From NCBI GenBank assembly GCA_965226495.1, contig OZ245365.1, forward strand, positions 5,728,001 to 5,792,000: a stretch of 64,000 nt of DNA, written 5' to 3'. This DNA is from Candidatus Marinacidobacterales bacterium. Lineage in GTDB: Bacteria; Acidobacteriota; Vicinamibacteria; Marinacidobacterales; DATDRI01. The notes beneath the pieces are model-generated. The model was not told the origin of the DNA and searched no databases. It saw only the letters and a program-made list of their open reading frames with translations. The translations under genes were made by a program, and so were the position numbers. Shown here in pieces: positions 55,682 to 64,000 of the stretch; position 1 is the stretch's first letter; the number at the start of each line of letters is the position of its first letter.

Positions 55682-57412
55682 CTATTTCGTCGAGAGCCTT
55701 CTCCCGGTCCGCAATTTCGCGGTGGCGGCGAGGTCGAGACCGCGTTCGTCGATAGCGACCTTGTAGACTTCGCGGGCCGCCTTCCGTGAAACGTAGCCAT
55801 CGAGGACATCGGTCAAAACCTTTTCTGGATCGCGTTCGGCGGGTTTGCCGAATCCTCCACCACCGGCCGTGATGCTGCGGATCCGGTCTCCGGTAGAGAC
55901 CTTCAGACGATAGGTGCCCACCCGCTTTTCACGCGATGTTCCGGGAAACAGAATCATCCCGTGGGGCTCTGGCTCGGTGCCGCCCGCAAGCGCCCAAGGG
56001 CGGGTCTTGGACTTCTTCGTCACCGATAGAAAATCGCCGTCAAAAAGGAAACGGGCGTCCAGCCCGATGCCGAGCCCTCCTCGGAACTTGCCGGCGCCGC
56101 CGCTATCATCCCTGAGCTCGAAACGCTCGATGAACATCCCGGTTTTGGTTTCGAGAACCTCGACCGGCGTATTGCGCACCACGCTCTGAAGGGGGTGGCT
56201 GAGGCCATTCGGGCCATCATGGTCGATCGTCGCACCCCAACCCATCGGATCATTATTGCTGACCGCGAACAACTGTTTCGTGTCCGGGTGAATCCCAACC
56301 ATCATGAAACCGACGACGTCGCCTCCAGAAGAAGCAGGCACGCGGTCCGGCATCCCCTGAGCTAGTGCTTTGGCGACCAGCTCCATGGCGACGGTTACGG
56401 TCCACAGCGTGAACGTCGCGGCGGGGTAAACGGCGTGGAAGATATTGCCGGGGGGAGCGACCACCTCGAGAGGCCGGAAGTTCCCGGCGTTGGCCGGTGA
56501 GTGAGGAGTGGTCAGCGCCTTGAAGAGCGCTCTGCAGAGCGTCACGGTCGCTCCAAACGGAACGTTCACCGGTCCCGGAACCGCTCCTGAAGACTCGGTG
56601 AAATCCACCTTGAAGCGCTCGCCGTCGATGGTCACGGTGACCCGTATGGGTAACATCTCGTCCGTCACGCCGTCGTCGTCGAGGAAGCCCTCGGCACTCC
56701 AAGAGCCCTGAGGAAGTTCCTTCAAAGCCTTGCGAGAAAGTTGTTCTCCATGATCTAGTAGCTGGGCCACCGCGGTGTCGAGAGTTTCTCGACCGAATTT
56801 CTCCAGGATCTCGACGAGTCTTCGCTCGCCGGTTCGTACGGACGCGACCTGAGCGTGCAGATCTCCCAACACCAAGTCCGGCATGCGTGAGTTGAAACGG
56901 ATGAGATCGATAATTTGCGGATCGGGTTTACCCTTCTTATAGACCTTGGTTCCCGGAAAAATGAGTCCTTCCTGATGCATGTCGGTGGAGTCGAGGACGT
57001 AACCTGCATCTTTCGCGCCGAGGTCCATCCAATGCGCGCGTATGCAAGTGTAGGCGAAGGGTCGATCGGCGCCCGGGAGGAACACTGGGGCGAAGAGGGT
57101 GACGTCCGAGGCGTGAGCGGAGTTCCAGTAGGGGTAGTTCAGGATGACGATGTCGCCGGCGTCGAGGTTCTCCTCACCGATGTACTCAACACCTTTGCGG
57201 ATCGCGTAGTCGTTGCTGCCCAGAAACGTGAGCATGCTGGGAGCTTCGGCGATGGGCTCGAGCTGGCTATCGTAGATGGAAATACCGAAATCGAGGATTT
57301 CGTAGATGACAGGGTTGAACGCGGTTCGTATGAGAGTGCGCCGCATCTCATTGGCGGCGGAAAAAAGATAGCTTCGGATGACCTCGACGGTAGCGCCGTC
57401 CAGTTGCTTCAT
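55682..57412 (-). CDS. Hydantoinase B / 5-oxoprolinase family subunit
   Basis: EM...L.RTAFNPVIYE..DF, HWMDLG, QEG, NTPVE..E, DSGGAGKFRGGLG, GGGGFG.P.ERD. Confidence 0.92.
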   Translation of the reverse strand: MKQLDGATVEVIRSYLFSAANEMRRTLIRTAFNPVIYEILDFGISIYDSQLEPIAEAPSMLTFLGSNDYAIRKGVEYIGEENLDAGDIVILNYPYWNSAHASDVTLFAPVFLPGADRPFAYTCIRAHWMDLGAKDAGYVLDSTDMHQEGLIFPGTKVYKKGKPDPQIIDLIRFNSRMPDLVLGDLHAQVASVRTGERRLVEILEKFGRETLDTAVAQLLDHGEQLSRKALKELPQGSWSAEGFLDDDGVTDEMLPIRVTVTIDGERFKVDFTESSGAVPGPVNVPFGATVTLCRALFKALTTPHSPANAGNFRPLEVVAPPGNIFHAVYPAATFTLWTVTVAMELVAKALAQGMPDRVPASSGGDVVGFMMVGIHPDTKQLFAVSNNDPMGWGATIDHDGPNGLSHPLQSVVRNTPVEVLETKTGMFIERFELRDDSGGAGKFRGGLGIGLDARFLFDGDFLSVTKKSKTRPWALAGGTEPEPHGMILFPGTSREKRVGTYRLKVSTGDRIRSITAGGGGFGKPAERDPEKVLTDVLDGYVSRKAAREVYKVAIDERGLDLAATAKLRTGRRLSTK

Positions 57413-57436
57413 ACTCCGCGATCTATCAGCGGCGCG

Positions 57437-58213
57437 CTATTTTCTGGCGCGAAAGTTGACGCCCAGGGTACCGAAGTTTTGTGCGCTCGACTTCTGCGGT
57501 GCGTCCTCATAGATGGGAGCCCGCCATGTCACCTCGAAGTCTTTGAATCCGGCCGCCAAGACCGTGGCCTCGAGCTCTGCTTCCAGCAGAGCGCCGGCAA
57601 TTCAGCCGGTCCAGAGATCGATGCTCTCCTTGGCATTTTCGGAGACCGCTTTTTGGACCACGATGTCGGCGATCTGCAATCGGCCTTCTGGTTTGAGGAC
57701 ACGCGCCATTTCCGAAAGGGCCGTGAGCTTGTCCGGCATCAGGTTGAGTACCCCGTTCGAGATCACGACATCCGCCCAACCATCGTCGACGGGCAGTTTC
57801 TCGCCATAGCCCTGCCGGAACTCCGCGTTCTTGACTCCGGCTTCGCCCGCGCTGTTTCGTGCCTTCTTCACCATGCCTTCGGTAATGTCGATGCCAATCA
57901 CTTGTCCTTCGACACCGACCATCCGTGCAGCGATGAGGCTGTCGATGCCGGCTCCGCAACCGACGTCTACGACTTGCTCTCCCGGCCGAAGCTCGCCGAG
58001 GCTGAATGGGTTTCCCGTTCCCGCGAAAGATGCGATCGACCCCTCGGGAACGCCCTTCAGCCAGTCCTCGTTGTACCCGACACGCTGGGTGTGAGAGTGG
58101 CCGGTATGAAAGTGAAAGCCCTTTTGGGGCTCGCTCGCGACCGTTTCGTACTCCTCTTGAATAGCGTCTCGAAGCGCGTCGATATCAACTGCTGGTTTGC
58201 TCGGTACTTTCAT
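57437..58213 (-). CDS. ArsM-like SAM methyltransferase, predicted selenoprotein (UGA at 57602-57604 read as Sec)
   Basis: SFAGTGNP, VDVGCGAGID, DVVISNGVLNL; LWTG-U-IAGAL matches the ArsM W.GCIAGAL motif; frame stays open 54 more codons to TAG. Confidence 0.88.
57574..57592 (-). promoter_or_regulatory. Putative bacterial SECIS hairpin
   Basis: GCTCTGCT-GGA-AGCAGAGC perfect stem beginning 9 nt after the in-frame UGA, G in the apical loop. Confidence 0.75.
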
Positions 58214-58342
58214 GTATTCGCTCCTCGGATATTCTGCCCTTGGGGGAGCACGAACGCAACAGCGGTGGAAGCCTGCGGATCGAGGCGGAACGAACTATTG
58301 CCCGCCTCGTCGGCAGGATTTCGTCGACTAGACCGGCGCTCG

Positions 58343-59467
58343 TTAGGACTCCGGCGCCTCCCACACCGCCTCTTGGTGCGTCAGAATCAGAGAGAAATAA
58401 GGTAGGACTCTAGTCTCCATCCACTCACGCACCATCTCGCCATGAAAGGCACTATCCTGCTCGAACTCGTGAGGAATTCCGGCCTTGGTTAGCGCCTGCG
58501 AGAAGGCCCGGTTTCCCGCCGGGATGTGCTGCAGGTGGTCGGACATACCGGTAGCGAAACGGATCCCTTTCAGCTTTAGAAGGTTCGAACGATATTTGTC
58601 GATCATGTGGACCGGAAAATTCTCTAACCATTTGTTGTAAGCGCTTTCATTGCGCTGGACCTTCCCATTCACGATCTCGAAAGGATAATCGACGAAAAGG
58701 GGAGGTTTGTCGGGGTTGGGAGACAGGCCTGCCGCCAATGCGGTGAGTGCGTGGGGGTAGTTTCCGTGGGTCGCGGTGGTCAAATGAGTTTGGACCAGGC
58801 CTTTCCTGTCTTTGGCTTCTATGGTAGGAATCCACTCCGGATTACCCGCTTCGACGTCTTTCACTATATCCAAACAGCAGGCACTGAGCCCGTAAACGGC
58901 GCTAAAGACGTCCGCATTTCTGATCGCGATATAGAGAGCGGAATATCCTCCCATCGATTGACCAACAATAGCGCGGCTACTTGCGTCGGGGAGCGTTCGA
59001 TACGTTTCATCGACGTACTTGACCAGGTCGCGGGCAACAAAGTCCTCCCAATTGCCGATGACCGGCGAGTTGACGAAATAGGAGCCGCCGTAGCCATTGC
59101 GGCCGTCTGGCACGACCACGATCATCTCTTGGATCCTACCCTCGCCGATGAGCTGGTTCATGGCGGTTTGAATATTGAAGCCCTGATAGCTCCCATCTCG
59201 CCATGAGGTATTGGTTCCGTTATACCCGTGAAGGAGATAAACGGCTGGGTAGCGCTTGTCGGAGTTGGTGTAGCTGGGAGGCAAGTAGACCATGACCTGT
59301 CGGTTCGCCGAGTCCCCGAGGAGGTTCCCTTCCAGCCCAGGGCTGTGGACCGTCTGATAGGTCAGGAAACCTTGAGCCATGGCCGCCGAGGGCGCCGTTA
59401 CCAGCATGACTAGCGTCACAACGAGACACGCGTCTACTAGTACTCTCATCGATTGATTCTTGAGCAT
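58343..59467 (-). CDS. Exported alpha/beta hydrolase (putative esterase)
   Basis: VYLPPSY...YPAVYLLHG, GQSMGG, signal peptide. Confidence 0.88.
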   Translation of the reverse strand: MLKNQSMRVLVDACLVVTLVMLVTAPSAAMAQGFLTYQTVHSPGLEGNLLGDSANRQVMVYLPPSYTNSDKRYPAVYLLHGYNGTNTSWRDGSYQGFNIQTAMNQLIGEGRIQEMIVVVPDGRNGYGGSYFVNSPVIGNWEDFVARDLVKYVDETYRTLPDASSRAIVGQSMGGYSALYIAIRNADVFSAVYGLSACCLDIVKDVEAGNPEWIPTIEAKDRKGLVQTHLTTATHGNYPHALTALAAGLSPNPDKPPLFVDYPFEIVNGKVQRNESAYNKWLENFPVHMIDKYRSNLLKLKGIRFATGMSDHLQHIPAGNRAFSQALTKAGIPHEFEQDSAFHGEMVREWMETRVLPYFSLILTHQEAVWEAPES

Positions 59468-59580
59468 GACTTCTTCCTCCAGAGGGTATGATCGCCAGTG
59501 CTTTCAGAAGAAACAGGAGTCTTCTATAGGGTATTTTGAAGTCGGAGTCAACGACACACATTGAGCATTGGAGGAGAACA

Positions 59581-60962
59581 ATGATCCTTCGCAGCCCGCT
59601 CGGCCTGATTGGAATGGCCCACGTTTCGCTACTCGGCCTCATCCTCTGGTCGTCACCGGTCGAAGCAAAGTCCAGTGAGGAATCTCCAAAGCTCCTCTCC
59701 TGGACCGAGCAGATCGCGGTTCGCGAGGCTTGGCTACCGAAGCGCTACGAGATGCTCTTGACCATGATGCGCAGGCATGAAATCGACATGTGGATCGTTG
59801 TCAATGAAGAGTTTCACGATGATCCGTTGACCGAGTACGTGGCACCCCCGAGACCGTACGCGGGAAACAGGGACACGTTCGTCTTCGTCGATGCCGGCGA
59901 AGAGGGTCTGCGGAAAATAGTCCTAGCCGGGTATGAAGAGGAGCATCTCACACGTTTTTTCGAACTACCCCAGTTTGCTCCGGACCCGGACCAACCCCGG
60001 CCTGCGGAGGAAGTTCTGGCTGAGCTCTATGAAACTCACAAGCCGGAGAAGATAGGTCTCGGAATCGGCGGCGGCCGGGGCATGACTCGTAGCCTCACTC
60101 ACGACGGCTACTTGTTTCTGAGTGAGGCCATGGGAAAGGAAGCGACGGCGCGATTTGTCAGCGCGCAAGACTTGATCGAAGAGTTCCTGGATACCCGTAT
60201 TCCGGAGGAGCTTCCCCATTACGAGAACCTCGTGCATCTCACAGAAGTCATAGCTAGACGCGCCCTATCGAACGAGGTCATTACGCCAGGGGTAACAACG
60301 GTGGGGGACATTCGACGGTGGCTCTATGGCGCGCTATGGGAAAACAGTGTCACGACTTGGTTTCAACCCGACTTACGTGTGCAACGAATGGGACTCGAGG
60401 AAAAACGTCTCGGGGGTTTCTGGCGGTGGCCGAGGAAAGTGTCGTGATTCGACGGGGTGACGTCGTTCACCTGGATTTCGGAATCAGCTACATGGGTTTC
60501 GATAGCGACTGGCAGAAACACGTTTACGTCTTACGAGACGGCGAACAGGACGTTCCCCTGGGGCTCAAGAGGGCGATGGCCAACACCAACGCTCTTCAGG
60601 ACGCTCTTACCTTGCGGGCCTCGAGGCCTGGGCGCACCGCGGGTGAAGTGCACGACGCCACGATGGCGGAAATGGCTGAGAAGGGCATTGAGGCACAGAT
60701 CTACTCTCACCCTTTGGGCAACCACGGTCACGGGCTCGGTGCTGGTATCACTTTCTGGGCGGCTCGAGGTGATCAAGATGAGCTGCTCTCAAAGCGCCTC
60801 CGCGAAGGCTCCTACATCTCCATCGAGCTGAATACCCGCACGGCGGTTCCGGAGTGGGGCGGTGAGAAGGTCTACATCATGATGGAGGACCCGGCCTACC
60901 TTACCGACGAAGGTTGGAGATTCTTCCGGCCGAGGCAGGAAGAATTCTACTTGGTTGAGTGA
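59581..60962 (+). pseudogene. M24 (Xaa-Pro aminopeptidase-like) gene with a single-base frameshift at about 60401-60405, possibly a sequencing error
   Basis: Frame 1 runs to RMGLEEK, frame 2 continues TSRGFLAV...GDVVHLDFG...SDWQ...HPLGNHGH...SIE...MED; one A missing in an A run. Confidence 0.85.
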
Positions 60963-61087
60963 GCCGGACGGTGGCCGAAAGCGTTTATCGGTTGGCGGCC
61001 TGCGTGGGGAGCCAGCGTGGATTGCCAAGATCGCGAGTTGGGCTGCGAGGGTAACAACCACGTGGGCAAGGCGTATGATAGGCGAAG

Positions 61088-62932
61088 ATGCATCGTTTTC
61101 GATTCACCCTCTTGGCCCTCACCTTCGTCTCCTGCGCCTCGGAGAAGGCCGGGACGCTATCGCCGGATGCGAAGACTTCGACACACGAAGCACTACGCGA
61201 GGACCTCGAGAGGGTGCGTCATGAGTCGGACGGCGGGGGCCGGGCGTATCTCGCCGAAGAGCTGTCCGGACCCATCGTGGTGGGGAGCCGGCAGCGTTTC
61301 GAGATCGTCTACGAAGCCGGCCCCCACGGGATCGCGGAAGGAGGCACGCTTTTCCTTCAGCCTTCGCCGTTTTGGGGCTGGGATCTGCCGCAGAACCGAG
61401 CCAGCGATGCGCCCGGCTACACCGAGGTCGAGACCGACGCTACCGGGGTCGAGCTCGAGTCCACGGCGTCGGGCGGTGATCTTCTCGCAATAGCGATTCG
61501 CGGGCGAGCTCTCGCAGAAGGCGAGCGCGTCCGGATGGTTTACGGCGCGGGACCCGCCGGTGCTCGAGTGGATCGCTACGCGGAGTCGAGCGCCCCCATC
61601 TGGCTTGCCGTGGACGGCGACGGTGATGGAGTGCGTTCATTAATAAGGGAATTCCCGTCGGTGGATGTCTCGGCGGGACCGGCGGCGCAACTCGTGCTCA
61701 CGTTGCCGAGCACGGCGCGTCCAGGTGGTCGAGTCCGATTGACTATCGCCATCCTCGACGGACTCGGAAACGCCGGGGTCGCCTTCGAAGGGCAGGTGGA
61801 GCTGGCCGGTCCATCCACCCTTGAGTTGCCGGGGCCGCTCGCGCTCTCCGATCGGGGAGTGACTCACGTGGACTTCACGGTCGAAGAGCCGGGAGTGTAT
61901 CGCGTCATCGGTGCAGCGGGTGAAATGGTTTCCGAGAGCAATCCGTTGGTTGTGCGCGAAGGCATTCCCCGTATCTTGTGGGGAGATCTTCACGGGCACT
62001 CACAGCTTTCGGACGGCACCGGAACTCCAGACGACTACTTCTGGTATGCCCGCGACGTTGCTGCGCTCGACGTCGTCTCCCTCACCGACCACGATCATTG
62101 GGGGATGCGGTTTCTCGATCAAAACCCGGACTTGTGGGAAGCGATCCGTGAGGTGGGACGCCGTTACGACGAGCCGGGCCGTCTCATTGTGATCGAGGGC
62201 TACGAATGGACCAACTGGCTTCACGGCCATCGCCACGTGCTCTATTTCGAGGAGGGTGGGGAGATCCTGAGCTCGCTCGATCCCGCCTACGAGACGCCGG
62301 CCCAGCTATGGGAGGCCCTTTCAGGAAGTGCGGCGATTACCATCGCGCACCACTCGGCGGGCGGTCCGGTCTCAACCAATTGGGATTTCGTACCGGATCC
62401 GGAGTTGGAGCCGGTGACCGAAGTCGTGTCGGTGCACGGAAGCAGCGAAGCGTCGGACTCTCCGGGAAAGATCTACGGCGCTGTTCCGGGGAATTTCGTA
62501 CGGGACGTTCTCGACCGGGGCGTTCAGTTCGGCTTTATCGGTAGCGGCGACAGCCACGACGGTCATCCCGGGCTCGCTCATCTCGCTTCACCGAGTGGCG
62601 GCCTTGCCGCTATCTTCTCCGAGGACCTCACGCGCGAAAGTGTTCTCGAAGCGCTGCGAGCGCGACGCGTCTATGCGACGAACGGGCCCCGCATCTGGCT
62701 TCGCTTCTGGCTCGACGAAACACCTCGCTTTGCCGTCGCCGGCACCGCGCCCATCGAACGCGTGGATGTGATTCGGAGCGGTGCAGTCGTCCAAAGCCTG
62801 CCCGGTGAAGGACGGCGCGATTGGGGTGAGCCTCTGGTACTCGAGGGGCTCAGGCCGGGCGAGTACGTCTACGTGCGCGTCATTCAAGAAGACGGGGGCG
62901 TCGCCTGGTCGAGCCCGGCCTTCGTGGAGTAG
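61088..62932 (+). CDS. PHP-like metallohydrolase lipoprotein (DUF3604/CehA-McbA-like)
   Basis: VSC lipobox, WGDLHGHS, TDHD, GYEWT, GHRH, GSGDSHDG, RRVYATNG. Confidence 0.85.
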   Translation: MHRFRFTLLALTFVSCASEKAGTLSPDAKTSTHEALREDLERVRHESDGGGRAYLAEELSGPIVVGSRQRFEIVYEAGPHGIAEGGTLFLQPSPFWGWDLPQNRASDAPGYTEVETDATGVELESTASGGDLLAIAIRGRALAEGERVRMVYGAGPAGARVDRYAESSAPIWLAVDGDGDGVRSLIREFPSVDVSAGPAAQLVLTLPSTARPGGRVRLTIAILDGLGNAGVAFEGQVELAGPSTLELPGPLALSDRGVTHVDFTVEEPGVYRVIGAAGEMVSESNPLVVREGIPRILWGDLHGHSQLSDGTGTPDDYFWYARDVAALDVVSLTDHDHWGMRFLDQNPDLWEAIREVGRRYDEPGRLIVIEGYEWTNWLHGHRHVLYFEEGGEILSSLDPAYETPAQLWEALSGSAAITIAHHSAGGPVSTNWDFVPDPELEPVTEVVSVHGSSEASDSPGKIYGAVPGNFVRDVLDRGVQFGFIGSGDSHDGHPGLAHLASPSGGLAAIFSEDLTRESVLEALRARRVYATNGPRIWLRFWLDETPRFAVAGTAPIERVDVIRSGAVVQSLPGEGRRDWGEPLVLEGLRPGEYVYVRVIQEDGGVAWSSPAFVE

Positions 62933-62969
62933 TTGGATGCGTGTGGTGGGGCTCGCCGGGGAAAAATTT

Positions 62970-63046
62970 TGGTACGCCCGGTAGGATTCGAACCTACGAC
63001 CCACTGATTCGAAGTCAGTTACTCTATCCAGCTGAGCTACGGGCGC
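62970..63046 (-). tRNA. tRNA-Arg(TCG)
   Basis: GCGCCCGTAGCTCAGCTGG...ACTGA-CTTCGAA-TCAGT...GTACCA. Confidence 0.95.
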
Positions 63047-63209
63047 ACCTAGGGGAAACTATATGCCGGCCCGCGCTGCCGGGCAACTATCCAAGCGGGG
63101 CGGAGGCCCGCCGGCCCGGAGGAATTGAGCCAGGGGGAGTAGCTTCGAAGTGATACTGGCTCATCTGATTCCTTCGAAGGAGCCCCAAAGCGGACGATTC
63201 GACGGAGCA

Positions 63210-63430
63210 TCAAGGCTTGGGGGTGGGGCCCCGCGCGCACTATCAAAGTTCGAGGGCCAGCGCGTGGGGGTGGGCCCCCGCGCGACCTAGTCATACGACC
63301 CGAGAGGGTCGTCGGCCGGGAGGAATTGGCTCATGAAGTGCGGACGCCAAGGGAACCCGGCCGTGCTTTTAGGCCCGAGCGAAGAGCGAGGGCCAGCGCG
63401 TGGGGGTGGGGCCCCGCGCGCACTAATAAA
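63210..63430. repeat. Family-B composite repeat (three GGGGGTGGGGCCCC units) 3' of tRNA-His
   Basis: Inverted homology to 38977-39150, e.g. caagggaacc.ggccgtg.ttttaggcccgagc. Confidence 0.8.
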
Positions 63431-63507
63431 TGGGGTGAGTGACGGGGCTCGAACCCGCGACCACCGGAACCACAATCCGGTGCTCTACCAACTGAGCTAC
63501 ACTCACC
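63431..63507 (-). tRNA. tRNA-His(GTG)
   Basis: G-1 GTGAGTGTAGCTCAG...CCGGATTGTGGTTCCGG...CCCCA. Confidence 0.97.
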
Positions 63508-63525
63508 ACAAGACCCTTCAGCTAT

Positions 63526-63710
63526 CCCCCTCACCGGCGTCTGGCCACGTACCGGGGGGCACGTCCTTTTTTGACGCCCGCCACCTCCCCGGAGGGGAGA
63601 GGGAACAAAAGAAATGACGTCATCCCCCTCACCCAATCCCTCTCCCCGAAGGGGAGAGGGGTAGTTCGAGCGACGAGGAACTGTGGTTCGTTCCCTCGTC
63701 GCTCCATTAA
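63526..63710. repeat. Family-A REP pair plus CGACGAGGAAC hairpin between tRNA-Arg(TCT) and tRNA-His
   Basis: ccctcaccggcgtctggccacgt matches 6587-6610; ccctcacccaatccctctcccc matches 52460. Confidence 0.8.
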
Positions 63711-63714
63711 ATAG

Positions 63715-63791
63715 TGGCACGCCTGAGAGGACTCGAACCTCTGACCCGCGGCTTAGAAGGCCGCTGCTCTATCCAGCTGAGCTACAGGCGC
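63715..63791 (-). tRNA. tRNA-Arg(TCT)
   Basis: GCGGC-CTTCTAA-GCCGC anticodon arm, CCA end. Confidence 0.97.
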
Positions 63792-63853
63792 AACACGTGG
63801 TCCGCGGGCTTCCTCTCCTGTTGCTTTTTGCCTGGGCGCCCGCGCGGAATACA

Positions 63854-63931
<78 letters not shown>

Positions 63932-64000
63932 CGCAAACCAGTCATTATAGGGCCGGTTCGCTCGATCGGTCAAGGTACTCGCAGACGCGGGCCATGGTCT

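Noticed and set aside
57602-58213. Methyltransferase as a truncated 203-aa gene or pseudogene
   Set aside because: UGA aligns with a conserved Cys, the frame continues and a SECIS-like hairpin follows
56915-58405. 496-aa plus-strand ORF and similar long antisense ORFs (e.g. 16025-17083, 37688-38671)
   Set aside because: Shadow ORFs opposite well-supported genes, expected in high-GC DNA; no recognisable motifs
60395-60410. Programmed frameshift in the M24 peptidase
   Set aside because: Only a short A5 run with no evident stimulatory structure; a single-base indel (error or mutation) is simpler

Overview
GC-rich bacterial chromosomal segment. The mglB-mglA/recR-ybaB-dnaX-ffs arrangement and the PilZ and kinase-J-TPR proteins suggest Acidobacteriota or a myxobacterium-like lineage (inference). 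Core content is dnaX-ybaB-recR-mglB-mglA, SRP RNA, eight tRNA genes, an RND efflux operon and many hydrolases. An accessory region (about 15.5-30.4 kb) lies downstream of tRNA-Asn. It holds an integron cassette array with five attC sites and no integrase, plus two tandem islands bounded by duplicated tRNA-Asn 3' ends, each with its own arm-type repeats. The strongest leads are: (1) a 2.5-kb integrase-less island carrying only an Hsp70 with changes at positions equivalent to E. coli DnaK E171, A174 and V436 plus a C-terminal zinc ribbon; (2) a three-gene operon whose products share a 56-aa DUF4214-like N-terminal module fused to a basic tail or to two different glycoside hydrolases, none with a signal peptide; (3) an ArsM-like selenoprotein (in-frame UGA plus SECIS hairpin) that the ORF track truncates; (4) a radical SAM enzyme with a CX3CX10C motif. 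Several lesions (mglB/recR mosaic duplications, homopolymer frameshifts, internal deletions) may be assembly errors. All family assignments come from motif recognition by eye, not from database searches.
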